A stretch of 64,000 nucleotides of DNA from Heteronotia binoei. Lineage: Eukaryota. The stretch is from the NCBI RefSeq assembly GCF_032191835.1, contig NC_083225.1, positions 45,818,001 through 45,882,000 on the forward strand, read 5' to 3'. Shown one piece after another: positions 50,743 through 64,000 of this stretch (the first letter of the stretch is position 1; the number at the start of each line of letters is the position of its first letter). Both the position numbers and the translations under genes were made by a program. The notes under the pieces were generated by a model, which saw only the letters and a list, made by a program, of their open reading frames with translations, had not been told where the DNA came from and did no database searches.

Positions 50743-50940
50743 GGGATCCCTGACCTGGATAGCGCAGGCTAGCCTTATCTTGGAAGCTAAACAGGCTAGT
50801 ATTTGGATGGGAGACCATTGTGGAATACCAGGGTCATATTACGGAGTGAGGCAATGGCAAACCAACTCTGAACATCTCTTGCCTTGAAAACCCTATAGGG
50901 GCATCATAAGTCAGCTGTGAATTGACAGCACTTTCCACCA
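50743..50940 (+). mobile_element. 5S rRNA-derived SINE with a Sauria/RTE-type tail
   Basis: ggaagctaaacagg...tagtatttggatgggagacc is the 5S internal promoter region; tail ggcaatggcaaacc...gaacatctcttgccttgaaaacccta. Confidence 0.8.
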
Positions 50941-52089
50941 TCAACGCATTACCCAAAAATGTTAATTTAGAAATATTTTTTTATTCAGAGGATCCACATA
51001 AACTGAGGTCCTAACCTATAGCTTACTTAGCTTGTGCCTAAATCCAACTTTGCATACATATTTTAAAGATAATGCCTTGTCCATCCTTCGGCTGCACAAA
51101 GACCCGATCCACTCCAAGTCTCAAGCAGGTACTGCCATTACCCAGCCCAGAGGCCCTCTTTAGCAGCTCCAGGAGCACAGCTGGGCTATGATGTATAAGG
51201 TCAGGAGAAGGCTGTGGCCAACCAGAGAGAGCCACACCTGCTGCCACTAATGCTAACCTGGAATCTTACATCTCTGGCTATGACTACATCTGAAAAATCC
51301 TGGCCCTTAACAGAGGAAATTTAAAATCCACAATCCAGCACTGATTCTAGATGGCAAACACACACACACAGCTGAATTCTAGAAATGAAAGGGTTTCTGT
51401 GAGAGAGACACTGATCTGCTTTCCTTTTACACTTTCACTTTGTAAAGCAAATCACACATATTCTCAGAAGGTGGTGCTGGTTCCCTGCTTCTGAAGATCA
51501 CACTCAGGCCAAAGAAATTAAAAGGACTGCATCTCTAGAGAGCTGAGCACTTAAGAACTGTGCTATGCAAATACTATTATATTATTATTCGAACACTCAG
51601 ATCTCAGAATGAAAGCATCAGTCTGTAAAAAGCTGAAGAAACAATCACTCTTGCATTCATATCCAGGACTTAAACCCTCTTCCCCCAATCTTTCTGCTGA
51701 TGCCATTCAAAGCTAAAGTAATCTGCATCTTTAATAACAATTTGATGGCACCAATTTGCAATTTGTAGATTTATTACTAGCAAAAGTCCATGCTCATGTT
51801 TGTATTCATAAATGCTTTGGCTATGCACACCTTGGAGACTACCTCCTTTCCTGGAGTTCCATTGAAACTACTGCAATCAGAACCCTTTTAATAATATTTC
51901 CTGTGTACCTCTATATTTGAACAGCATGGGCATGTAATTAAGGACTGTACAAATTTTTGTTTTCATTTCAAAATTAAATGCAATTCAGTTAGTTATTCAG
52001 CATGTTCATTTGTGTTCTTTATTTCCATTGGTTTTGGGGGAAGGGGGGACAATTCTGGCTGCAATGTTTCCAACTGGTACAAAATTCTC

Positions 52090-52770
52090 AGTCTGTGTCT
52101 TTCAGTCCTTAATCAACAGACACAAATCTAGCATAAGAAAAAGCAATACTAAGAAACCAGTGGGTGAACCTTTTCATCTTCCTGGACATACAGGTGCAGA
52201 TCTGAAAGTCACTGTTCTACAAAGAAACTTCAAAAGGAATATACAATGTGAAAGTGCTGAATCAGAACTTATCAAGAAATGAAATACTTTCACTTAAACT
52301 AAGTCCTAAACTTCCTCACTCTGTAATTTTGAATAACCCAACAGAACCCACTTTTCAGAAATGTTTATAGACTGTTCTTAACATATTGTTCCATACTGTA
52401 TCTCTCCACTGACTATGGTTATTTTTTTTCATGCATCAGACTGCCTCTTCCTTTGTTATTTTGTTATCTACCCTACTTCACTCCCCTTCTGTTTAGTTTC
52501 ACTGCATGAGAAAGTGGCTAAAAACTCTGACCTCTCTCATTATTCATTATGTATAATTAGAGAACCACGCCTGATTTACACAATCGGCCCTCTCTTTGCT
52601 TCTCTATCTTTTCCCCTTCCTTTCTGCAACTTTCTTAAAATGAAATATATTTTCTTTCTTTCCATTGTACCTGAGGAAGTGAGTTTTGACTCACAAAACC
52701 TTGTGCTGGAATAAATGTTGCTGGTCGTTAAGATGTCCCTGGACTTTTGTTTTATTTTGTACCTCTGTCA
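52090..52770 (+). mobile_element. Penelope-like element 3' fragment
   Basis: INRHKSSIRKSNTKKPVGEPFHLPGHTGADLKVTVLQRNFK...ESAESELIKK, plus terminus cctgaggaagtgag...actcacaaaacc...gaataaatgttg. A further reverse terminus lies at ~54810-54930. Confidence 0.82.
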
Positions 52771-55236
52771 CCCAAGGGATCCTCCTAACAAATTTCAGAG
52801 GAATAACAGAAATGGTCCATTTTATATGCAAAGGGGGAGACATCTGGTATCCAATAAAGCAGGTAGCTTGGCAGAGTGGACACAAATTGTTGCTGTCATG
52901 TTTTGCATGATCATGAAGCCACGTCTGTACCAAGCACACCAGCATTAGGTGAAGATATTGCTGATAGAACTATCACATAATAATCCTTCTAACAGCTGGG
53001 CCACATAAAGTGTTGATTCTTCCACCTTTCTCTTAATAGAGTTTGTTTAATTGTAAATAATCCCGTGATCCTATGTTCCTGTAAATAATCCTGTGATCTT
53101 AACCATTGCTTCTTTGTTTTTAGCCAGTGTGTTGCTATGGGGGATAGAGAAAGAGAGGCTTCTTTTTTTCCCTGAACACTCCATACTGTAGCCTCACCAA
53201 AAATTCAGTGTTTTTACCTCTGCAGGAGAAAAAATTCTTCAAGGCACCCTGTTAACAGGTCTGTCTGTATTATTGATTGAAGTGCACACTCAGTTTTGAG
53301 AAAACATTGCTTGACACCCAGGTGTCAGGTACGAGTCCCTGATAAGGATTTGTTTCAAACTTGTGGGCTGGAAACAGTTTGCTGATTAATAGTATTGTCA
53401 TTGCTGATAAAGAGCCAATTATCCAAAGTGTATTCATACATCCATTACTGTATTGTTGTCTGTAGTTATATTTGTCATTATACACATATATTCATGACTG
53501 CACTAGCCCATGTATTAGAATACTGGTATTCACTAACTAGCCGCCCTGAGCCTGCCCCGGCGGGGAGGGCGGGATATAAATAAAATTATCTAATCTAATC
53601 TATCTAACCTTATATATGTTCCTTATATTCTTTAAGATGTTATGTGGAATAGTATTGGCAACAAGAGAGGTCACCTTGGAGGGTGAGTCCTGTGGGAAGC
53701 CAGGGCCAAATCTCATCTCTCTGGTAATGGAAGATAGGTACCAACGAAAGATGTCTGTGAGGTGGAATGCAACCTTGAAGAAAGTAACACTGCAGCCTGA
53801 GAAATAATTCAAAGACTTTTGAGTGGGAGAATTAGGCAGGAGGGGTGATGGGCTGTTAACCTGTAACCTTTATTTGGATTGCAAGTTTCATTTTATATCA
53901 GTCTGGCAAAGAAAGTAGCCTTGCATATACATGCTACTATATGTTTCTTCATTAAAGCTTCTTCTGCATTTACTCAAGAAGTCTTGTGATAGATTCTGGG
54001 CCAAACCTTTCACCAGGGGATGGGGGCAAGTGATCTGTTTCTCTTTGTTCCCCTACCTGATCTCCAATGTTGCCTTTGAGGATGCATGCAAACCACTTGC
54101 CTCTGCCATTCCTCTCCCCAGATTACAGCACTGCTTGTCAAAAGGATGGGAAGTACCCCTTCTTCCCCATCTGCAGCAATGCTTGTGGCCAAGGCTTAGG
54201 GTTGCCAGTTCCCCACTGGCCACAAGCAGGGATAGTGTGTTCATATCGAGGTTGGAAAACTCCTGGAGATTTGGGGATGGAGCCTGCCAAGGACAGGGAC
54301 TTCAGAGGGGTACATTGCTGTAGAGTCTACCCTCCAAAGCATCTGTTTTCTCGGGGAAACTGATCTCTGTAGTCTGGAGATGAGGTATAATTCCAGGGGA
54401 TCCCTAGGTCACACCTGGAGGCTGGCATCCCTAACTGGGGTTCAAGCAAAACATCTGTCTTTCTGCCTGGTAAGCAGCAAAAGAGTACAGAAAGCAAAAA
54501 CAGCCATGGTTTATGCAGAATCAGTTAATATCACCAATCCAGTGAGCCAGCAGTATGGTTAGTATAACTATTTTGGAAAGCATTTCCTCTTTGGTAGCAA
54601 GGTCTGTGTAGCTACTGATTGGGGGAAAAAACCACACACTATCGGTTCCACCATCCACTTATTCTTCTCATTCTCTCATGCCCTTTGACCTTTGTGAACT
54701 CTACGCCAGACAACTAGGATGAGAATAATGAATAGAGCCCAGAATACCAAATATCTTTATTTCTTAAAATTATTGTCTGTATAATAGCAAGGCTAATGAA
54801 AATGACTGCCAAGAGGTAGCCACATTAGCCTGTTGCAGGAAAAGAAAATGAAAGTTCAGTGGCACCTTGAAGAGTAATAACATTTTATTTCAACATAAGC
54901 TTGCCTTGAGTCACTACACACTTCTTCAGATAAGAATGGAAATCAAACTGAAAATCTTTCTCATGGGGCAGGTTACAGGGAAAGACAAAAAGGAATTAAG
55001 GCAGAGGGTTAATGCCGGATCAGCTGCCTGCCTTAACTCCTGCCCTTTGGTAACCTGCCATTTAAGAAGTATTCTTAGTTTGATTTCCATACATATCCAA
55101 AGAAGTGATCTCTGACTCATGAAGGCTCATATTGAAAAAAAGTTAGGTTTTAAGGACTTTTCTTTGAAAGAAAATGGTGTTTTATCATTTTATTAATTAA
55201 TATTAGAATGCACGTTCCTTCCATAGAGGTAGTAGC

Positions 55237-57356
55237 TAGGTGTATGCATTCGGTTCGGCCGAACCGAATCAACCGCCAAATCACCCCTGATTCGGCTGTA
55301 TGCGGAATCACATACAGCCGATTCCAATTGGGGCCCATTATGCGGGAGCCGAGTATAGCTCCCCGTATACTTCCATATAAATATTCGGAAGTATACACAT
55401 GTCAATGCAAAAGGCGGGAAAGTGGCTTCTGCAGCCTCAAGGGAGCTGCTAGCCTCCTTTCCTGCCTTTGGTAGCAGTTTCCTGCCTCTCCCATAGCCTC
55501 CCTGAGATTGGGGAAGGGGGGGGGAAGAGGAGCCCCAGCAGCCAATCCAAAGCATGCATTTACAAAATGCATTGCAAATGCATGCTTTGAAGGGCTTTTG
55601 TGTAGCTGATCCTCCAGCCATCAGCAACAATGTTGTTCTTTTGTCTCTGTGTGAGAGAGATTGTTCTGTGCTGGCCCTTGGCCTCAGCCTTACCAGACTT
55701 GCTTGGTGTAAGAGAACACATCTAAAAGGTAAGATGGGGTTCTTGTTTTTATTTTAGTTGGTAAAAGATCTTTTTAAGACTCAGAGTCCCTTTACTTGTC
55801 CAGATTTGGGTGGTGGGTACTAGCTTATTTGGGGTTAGGGGGTTCTGCTGGGGTGGGGGGATTTTGCCAATTTGCCCATATCTTACTTTAGTGAAAGGAC
55901 TTTTAAAAGTGCAGCGTGCTTTTACTTTTCCTGATTTGGGTGGCTTGGATTTCTTGGAGTTAGGGTGAAGGTTTTTTTGGGGGGGGGAGGGGTTGGTAAA
56001 GTTCCTGTATTGTTAAAAGTTAAGTTTTTTACTGTTTTAAAAGGATTCTGTGTTTGATTTGTTGCTGCTTGTTGTGCTTGGCCAGCTCTCCCCATTCTTT
56101 GGGGCAGGGCTGGAGAGCTGGGATCTGTAGATTGTGTGTTCTGTGGCAGGGAAGCTGGCACCTGGGTGAGAGACCCAGAACCAGCAGGCTTGTTGTGTTT
56201 GGCCAGCTCTCCCTGTGTTGTTTGGGGCAGGGCTGGAGAGCTGGCACCTGGGTTTACTGCAGCCAGGTCTGCAGAGCAGACCTTGAGCAGATTGTGTTTT
56301 GTGTGGCGGTGATGTTGGCAACTGGGTTTATATTGGTTCCAGGCCTGCACTGCAGGGTTCATAGAGTAGATAGAGGGAAGTAGTGCATTTGGGTCCTATA
56401 GAGATTATCTGGTGTGAAGTTAGGTTTGGCTTTGGGTGCCCCAGGAATTGGACCCCCTGGTCCAATTTTTGTTTTGGCCTTATGGGTTTTGTATGGGACA
56501 GTGCCCTGAAGCTGCACAGCAGTTTGGGGGGCTCTCCTCAAAACCTCCTGCTCCCCAGAGCCACTTTTCCCATGACAATTACAGTGAGGAAGTGGCTCTA
56601 ATTGGTTTTTTCTCACCATTGGGAGCAGTGTTCCTTTTGGGGTGCCCACAGATGGGTGCAGTCTTTTTGGGCCAGGGGGGTTTCATGCTGGGGAGTTCCC
56701 TGAAGCTGCCCTGCAGTTTTGGGGCCTCTCTCTCAAACCCCCCTCTGGCCAGAGCCACTTTCCCCACAGCAATTATAGTGGAGGAAGTGGCTAATTGGGC
56801 TTTCCCCAGCATTGGGCCTTTTGGGGAGCCCAAAGACAGGGACCCCTTGGCCCAATCTTTTTGGGACTTGGGGGTTTTGTAGGGGAGAGTCCCCTGCTGG
56901 TTCCCTGCAGTTTTTGGGGCTCTCCCTCAAACCCCCTGCCCCCCAGTAAGCTCTAATTATGCCCTATGTTGCCATTGATTTCAATGGCCCATAGGGTACA
57001 ATGGTAGAATAGGGGCACCCTCTTTGGGTGCCCCTGGAATGGGATCCCCTGGGCCAATCTTTTTGGGACTTGGGGGGGTTGTAGGGGAGAGTCCCCTGCA
57101 GGTCCCCTGCAAATTTGGGGGCTCTCCCTCAAACCCCCTCCCCTCCAGGTGGCTTCAAATACACCCTATTTGCCATTGATTTCAATGGCCCATAGGGAAT
57201 AATGGGGCCGTATATTCGGAAATAGCCGCACATCTACCGTATATGTGGCTATTCTGACTACGGAATTCAGAAATATACGGGATTCTGAATTTTTCCCCCC
57301 CTGTATACTTCTGAATCCATGTAATTCTGAATTTATTTATTTTTTGCACATCCCTA
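55237..57356. mobile_element. 2.1-kb non-autonomous hAT element with internal tandem modules
   Basis: TIRs taggtgtatgca / tgcacatcccta; perfect 8-bp TSD gtagtagc (55229-55236 / 57357-57364); four ~190-bp units at 56430-57200 and two shorter units at 56050-56280; no transposase motif found. Confidence 0.88.
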
Positions 57357-59921
57357 GTAGTAGCCTCCCACCATCATAAGTCTACCAAACTCTTTTCCCA
57401 ATCCATAAGATTCCCCTCAGTCTTCCTCCCCTCCACTTACCAGACTCTGGCCTGGCTCTAACCAAGGCCCCTTCACATTTTTCCAAAATGGATGTTATTC
57501 ATGGTTGGCCTGATTCAGAGTAAAGCTATACAAGGATGGAGGTTTCATACTGCGAATTTCATCCCATTAATGAACCATCTCTGAAGTGATCTGGCCATTT
57601 CAAGCAGCACCATGCTTCCCACTCCATTTCACTTTTCCCCATCTATTTTTGAACATTTTAAGTTGAGCTCTATAGTGCTAAATCAATATAGCGCTTCTCA
57701 ATGTATCTCAATGGTGCCACTGTAACTCTGCTACATTGGTCTAGTGCTACAGTGTTCAACTTAGAATGTTCAAAAAAAGTTCAAGGAAGATCATACAATG
57801 AAAAAAGGGTAGGGGGGAGCGGAGCACTATTGGAAGAACTGCAGATATTTTAAACAGCACACTACAGTGATTCAGAAGCGAAAAGAAGAGATGAAAATGG
57901 AAGAAAGCAATTTACAAGAAAGGCTCAACCACACTTTGCTAACCGGACACGAGTGGCTTTGTATGGAAAGGTAAACAAAATCCATTAGCAGCCAGCTACT
58001 ATGACGGTTGTGTCTGAAATGACACACACACAAAAGAACCCATTACTAATTGGCTACCAAAACAGATTACAACAGCTGTCTGAAAGGGCCTTGAGACTCA
58101 CCAAATTCTGCTACCAACCTCTGCCCACTAGATTTCATTCCTGCCTATCCTTGGAAAGTCTGTGGCAAAAATCCTACCAATACACTAACCAAAGTCTGAA
58201 GTCTTCCTCCAGGCTTCCTGCAACTGGTGGCTCTTCCTCCAATAGAGCAAGTCACCAGAGTTGGAGGTTCGATCCACAATAATATCTCTTACACCAAATG
58301 CTGGTGAGTTCAAACGTACCTCTTTCCTTAAATGTTCAGCAAAACTCAAAGCCAAACTTCTTCCAGAAGCACTGTATGAACTTTCACTGTAGGCTGGGAT
58401 TTCCTGACTGTGGTATTTTGAAACTTTCCTCTCGGCCTCTGTTGGGAAATCTCCTCCCTTGCCCTGCAAAAGCCTCTAGAACTACACAGGATGCACATTT
58501 AGATAAATAAAATAATGTGTGTGTGTAGGGAGGGGAAACATTACCTGCTAAGATTTCTTAACATTATTATTATTTTTTATCTAGGCTGTTGGCTAATTTA
58601 AACATCTGAGAGGATCTGGGAGGACATTTTCCCCACCTGAAAGTGTAAAAAGCAATATAGACTGGCTGATCCCCTCCTTTAAATTTAAAAAAAGTGTCCG
58701 GGGGGGGGGGGAGGGGAATAAACCTGCAAATGCAACAGCTGGAAGATTGAAAAGTGTGTAATTTTCCAGAGAACCTGGTTCAATGTAACCTATTTCATTT
58801 TTATCTGTGCTAGTTTTAATTTGTGTCAGTAAAAGTTTAAATTCTATAATTACTCACAAAGCTGTTATCTTCGGCTTATTTGCAATGGCAGCAGGTAGTG
58901 GCAAAGTTGCTAGGTGACCAGTTTTAAAAAAAATCTTGCTAATCTGCGGTTTATGATTACCACTTCCAGGTGGGTTTTAGTCATTCAACCATGAAAGGAA
59001 AAATATTCTCATTACAAATGCACATTACAAATGCAATATTAATTACACAAGGAGAGTTTCCATTAAAAACTATTTACAAGACAGCAGGCTAGGTGAAACT
59101 TCTATTGTTTTGTTTCTAAAAGAGCTTTTAAATTTTGCTGGGTTCTGAAACAGATGACTGTGTATTCTCTCTTGAGCTCTCAGTACTTTCACTGATCTTA
59201 TCTCGTATGCTTGCCCCTGCTGGCAAAGTTCAAATATGGAATAAATTATTCCTATTACATTCAACTCCACGGTAGCAAAGGAAGCGGTTGTTGAATCTCG
59301 AGGATTTACAGATGCTAAGAAACAGGTCAGTGTGGCTGCTAACTCAATAGATGACCTTAACAATCCTAGATGGGTGCCTTCTAGCTAGCAACAGAAGGCC
59401 TGTTTACATATTATGTTTCTGTTGCCTGGAATCCTTATTGAATAGTAGTTTCCACTTCCCCTAATGCAGAACAGATGTGGCATATTTCTATGAATCCCTG
59501 GACAAACTAGATTCCCTTAATTCACTCTTCATTGGTGACACCTCACAATAAGAATGATCATTCTTGCTAGGTCAAGCCAAGGTTCATCCATCCCAACATT
59601 GTCCTCAGCAGTGCCCAACCAATGCTTTTGGGGCGCTTTCAAGGGGGCTATGAACTCCTTTGGGCTCCCATCACCTGGTCTTCAGGGACAATGCTTCTCT
59701 ATATGGAAGTTCTGCTTGGCTATCATGGCTGATAGTTGTTGATGGAACGTACATGACATGAATTTGTCTAATCTCTTTTTAAAGTTTTTTGGAATTAAAA
59801 AATGGGAGAAGGGTCATGGTGCATAAAAGAGATCCCAGGTTCATTTTTTCAATAAAAGGTACCCCAGATAACCAGGGTATAGGAAGATCTCTTTCTGATA
59901 CCTTAGAGCAGAGGTCCCCAA

Positions 59922-60905
59922 TAGGGGTTTGCACTTTTTCCCTGTTTGGGTATACTGGACCCCAAAAATATCTGTATTCCCAATATTCCCAAATTCCAAA
60001 TACCAGTATGGTATTCAGGATTTGGGGTTTTCTATGTTTCCAAATGTTTAAAATCCATTATTTCCTATGGGGAAATTTCTCAAGTAGCAAGGGTGTTTTT
60101 AAAGGCACAGGCACCAAAATTGCAGTGGAGCCTATAAATAACTTCAAGCCATCTTCCATTAGTTCCTATGGAAGGGGGGCGGTTGCTTCTAGAGCAAAAG
60201 CCATGCCTGCAAGTAGCAATCACTGCTCAAAAGTCTCCCATGGAAGAACCAACAATATGCCCAAGTCCAGCAAAACCCAGTAATCCCAGCAGAACCACAA
60301 GCCAATGTGTCAAGCCAAACGAAGCCAAAATCAAACCAGAGAATCTCTGCAGTAGAAACTTTTGCAAGCCCAGCAGAACTGATTGCAACATACAGAATGC
60401 CCTGCAGAACCAGTGCCACTATGGCAGTGCAAGCTCAAAAGGATTCATGTCAAATCAGAGAATTCTGCATTACAAACTGAAGAGGGGTATTTTTGTAAGC
60501 TCAAGCAGTGCAATATATGGAATGGTCAGCAAAACCCAGTGCCACTGTGGTAAGCTCACCAGAACCAAAGTGAAACCAAAGAACAAATTCGAGGGAGGGT
60601 AGATTTTGCAAGCACTGTGCAAACCCCCCCCCCCCCAAAACAGCAAAGGGGATGCCTTGACAAAAGCTGCCTGGGAAGCCCATAGAAACCCTCCAAGACA
60701 CAGAAACAAAGGGGAAAGAAAAGAAACAGGCATCCTGAGTATGCAAATGCTGGCTCCTAGTCTTCCCAGTAAATCCTGAATAATACCAGGATTTTTCAGG
60801 AACATTTTTTTCTGGTTTCTCCCCAAATCCTCATGTGTATTTGGGATGCCAAATATATTCAAAAAATATTGATAAGGTTTGGGTGTATCTGAATGCACAC
60901 TCCTA
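59922..60905. mobile_element. 984-bp non-autonomous hAT element nested in the end of another hAT MITE
   Basis: TIRs taggggtttgca / tgcacactccta; TSD gtccccaa / gtacccaa. Removing it restores cagaggtccccaacctttttgagcctg. Confidence 0.85.
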
Positions 60906-61118
60906 GTACCCAACCTTTTTGAGCCTGAGGGCACTGTTACAATTCTAACACAGTATAAGAATATCAAAATCCACTTGCAAACAGTTGCCATGTGAAAGCA
61001 CCACTTGTTGCCTCCTCCCCAAATGAATCTAAAAAGCTCAACCTCAGGGAGGTGGAATGAAGAAGATGTTGCTGGTAACAATGCAGCCGCAGTAGCTCAG
61101 TTCTATCTGGGATGTGAT

Positions 61119-61510
61119 TATGTGCCTGGTGCAGAGTGGTAAGCTGCAGTATTGCAGTCCAAGCTCTGCTCATGACCTGGGTTCGATTCCAGTAGAAGCT
61201 GAGTTCAGGTAGCCAGCTCAAGGTCAACTTAGCCTTTCATCCTTCCAAGGTTGGTAAAATGAATACCCAGCTTGCTGGGGATAAAGTGTAGATGACTGGG
61301 GAAGGCGATGGCAAACCACCCCGTAAAAAGTCTTCCAAGAAAACATTTATTTGTTTATTTTAGTATATTTCTATTCTGCCCATTCCCTGTAGGGCTTAGG
61401 ATGGAGTTGTGATGTGATGTCACCCCAGGGGTTGGTGTGATATGATGTGATGTCACCCAAGGGGTTGGTAACGACTCAGTGCTTGCACAGGGGACTACCT
61501 TTACCTTTTT
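61119..61510 (+). mobile_element. Sauria-type SINE (Squam1-like) with a short insertion at ~61346-61410
   Basis: gcagagtggtaagctgcagtattgcag...ggttcgattcc...aggttggtaaaatgaatacccagcttgctgggg...ggcaaaccaccccgtaaaaagtc...tgcttgcacaggggactacctttaccttt. Confidence 0.85.
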
Positions 61511-61689
61511 ACCTTCATGTTCTTGTAAGGACTCTAAAGCTAAGGCTTGGCCAGAGGAGAGCTGAAGGCCTCTTGGCCCTTTGGTTCTTTGTCTATGGTT
61601 TGCTCCCTGTGACTTCAGATGACAGGTGACAGGCACTGAATCTGCAACCAGACCAAGTTCTAGTGTATTGTTTAGTATATTTATTGATG

Positions 61690-61882
61690 CCTATACCTGG
61701 CTAGCCCAGTCTCTTCAGATCTCAGAAGCTAAGCAGGGTTGGCCCTGGCTAATACTTGGATGGGAGACCACTAATACTGAGGTCATAATGCATTGGCAGG
61801 CACTGGCAAACCACCTCTGAACATCTCTTGCCTTGAAAACCCTATGATGGCACCATAAGTAAACTATGACTTGATGGCAAAC
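61690..61882 (+). mobile_element. 5S rRNA-derived SINE (second copy)
   Basis: cagatctcagaagctaagcagggttggccctggctaatacttggatgggagacc is clearly 5S-like; same tail as 50743-50940. Confidence 0.85.
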
Positions 61883-63107
61883 CCCACCCTCCTCCAACGT
61901 TGATTTTTTTAAAAATGCTGCAAGCTGCTTTGTGTCCTTTTGGAGAGAAAAGTGGGGTATATTTAAACAAACAAAAAAAACTGCACAGAGATAAGCCAAA
62001 AATATCTGGTGAGGAATCATCCCAGCAGCTACCAGAGGTGAGGGAACAGTTGACTCATGAAGTTTGCTTCTTCACTAAGTGTGATCAAAAGGGGACAGTG
62101 GCCTTCCTCCATTTATATGCTGCTATAGAATTTGCATGACACTAAGCTAATGCATTACTTCTACACACTAGGTGGTGAACTGGTAACCAGTCCATTCTGG
62201 GCTATCAGTCCAATTGGTGCACATTAGCTATAGCAGCTAGTATGCCTTGTTTCCTGGGGCTGGTGAAGAGGCTTATCTCCTAGTGGGCCTGACTTTGCTC
62301 TGCATATTCCATTGGTTCTTGTATATGCAAATTATCCGATATGACCAATAACAGCCAAGAAGCACCTTAGAAATCCCACCGCTCTTATTCTACCAATAGC
62401 AAAGGATGTTCTTCACCAGTAGAAGAGAGATGAGGAGGAAATTTTGTCTGACATTATGCAATTTCCCACGTTGTAATGCATCAGGATGTCCTGACACTCA
62501 GAGGAGGATTTTGGGTACCACCAGGAAAAAGACCAGGTAGGAAAGATAAGGACCACCCCCTTTCTGGGAACTTTGCTGTATAATCCAACCCACATCTGTC
62601 ACCACAGCCAAATTTATTTCATCAAGTTTTAAACAAAATTGACCTTAAAACAGTGGTGGCAATAAAGAGCCATGCTTGGGGGGTGGGGTACAATAATAAT
62701 TTTGATGACATTAGGGATTGTAATATAATATAGCACAATTGCAATCCTGGTAACAGTACATAACTAATATTCAGCACAGCACTCAGCGGTGGAACAATAA
62801 TTAATAAAAAGAAATATAGAAAATGCTATGTTTAATTACAAAAACATTAATTGAATATGCTGTCAGAAGTTCAGTCATGTAAATTAAAAGTGACAAAGAG
62901 TCAGCATTTACAAGAATCAGAAGAAAGAAGATGAAATCAGGAGAGCACTTGGCTTATCATTATATTGCCTAGCAATCATAAATACGGTAACTTTCTTTTT
63001 TACATATTCGCCATTCTTTGCCCCTAATGTGGGACAACCTCAGAGAACAAGTGCTTTAAAATATTCTACAATGCAAACTGTAACTAAGCATATTTGATAA
63101 TGTAATG

Positions 63108-63266
63108 CAGGGGTCATTTTGTAGAAAAATAGGTGGTGGAGTTCATCCAGGGATTGTTGTGCAGCTGCACCTACTATTCAATGGACAAGGTGGGGAAGAG
63201 AAGGTGGAACTCTCAGAAAGGTTCAGGAGCTGTGCTCCTGTGAGCTCCTGCTGAATTCAAGGCCTG
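63108..63266. mobile_element. hAT MITE
   Basis: Termini caggggtc / ggcctg; TSD atgtaatg / atataatg; terminal gagctcctgctgaattc shared with the 8155-8341 family. Confidence 0.75.
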
Positions 63267-64000
63267 ATATAATGTAACAAATAAGTTTCCATGTGTACAT
63301 CTCAAGCTGGAAGCAGAATTGCATATACAAACAGCAACTTATGTCTTCCTCTGCCATTTTCCCTAACCAGCAATGGTCTTGGGAGTGCATTATTCCCCTG
63401 CTGGAGAAACTCAAGTGTACCCTATGTGGTTTCCCCAACAAACCAAACAGTGCCCCGACCAGACCATTTCAGGTCAGGAAAATGGTGCAAGTTGCAAAAT
63501 GGTGATGTACCTTCTCCACATGTGCCACAGCTGCAATCCAAATTGAATATCTCCTTTGGGAGAACTGAGGAGAACCTAACACCTAATGTGAGACTCTTAC
63601 ACAGGAGTAACCCAGACTCAATCTGTTCTTTGTAATGTATGGATTTGCCTTATAGTAATCTTATAGGCAGCCTTTAGAAAAGATGTCTACTCAATACAAA
63701 GAAGTCCATGAGTTCTCCTGACACATGCTGTATGCTGTGGGAATATCCAGAAGTGCTGCTGGGCTCACAACCCCATGGGGATCATGTGAACTCACCAAGT
63801 ATCCTATAGACAAGTGGATGTTCAGCTCTGCTGCCTAGTCAGATTACCCATTAAAACAAACACAAAAATCTAATGTAGGTTATGAAACTCTTCAGCCCCC
63901 CAAGGAAAAGCCAGAAAATTGGAAATGATGGGCTTTCAGCTCCTAAAGACGTCTGTTCTCTTGGAATTTGAGCAGCGGCAGGAATAGCCAAGTTATAGCT

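Noticed and set aside
55922-56930. Overlapping 100-150 aa ORFs as a transposase
   Set aside because: They derive from GC-rich tandem modules of a non-autonomous element; no DDE or BED-finger motifs.
61700-61770. 5S rRNA gene
   Set aside because: Partial and diverged, and fused to a SINE tail.

Overview
Vertebrate genomic DNA from a squamate reptile, probably a gecko (inferred from the Sauria-type and Squam3-type SINEs, RTE/BovB, CR1, L2 and Penelope content). The only host gene I recognise is NALF1 (FAM155A, NALCN channel auxiliary factor 1) on the minus strand. Its last two coding exons are at 49648-49819 and 36749-37044, with a probable ~4.5 kb 3' UTR reaching ~32.2 kb; exon 1 lies beyond the right edge. 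The most notable object is a 4.95 kb betaretrovirus-like (class II) provirus at 23316-28266. Its 519-bp LTRs differ at only one position I could find by eye, and it has a 6-bp TSD, an open but internally deleted gag, a wrecked pol and no env. It is inserted into the still-open ORF of an RTE LINE, which points to a recently trans-mobilised non-autonomous ERV. The rest is a dense, often nested mix of hAT and Harbinger MITEs, SINEs, LINE fragments, a Helitron-like end and an interrupted ~58-bp minisatellite. All comparisons were made by eye and from recalled family motifs; no database search was run.
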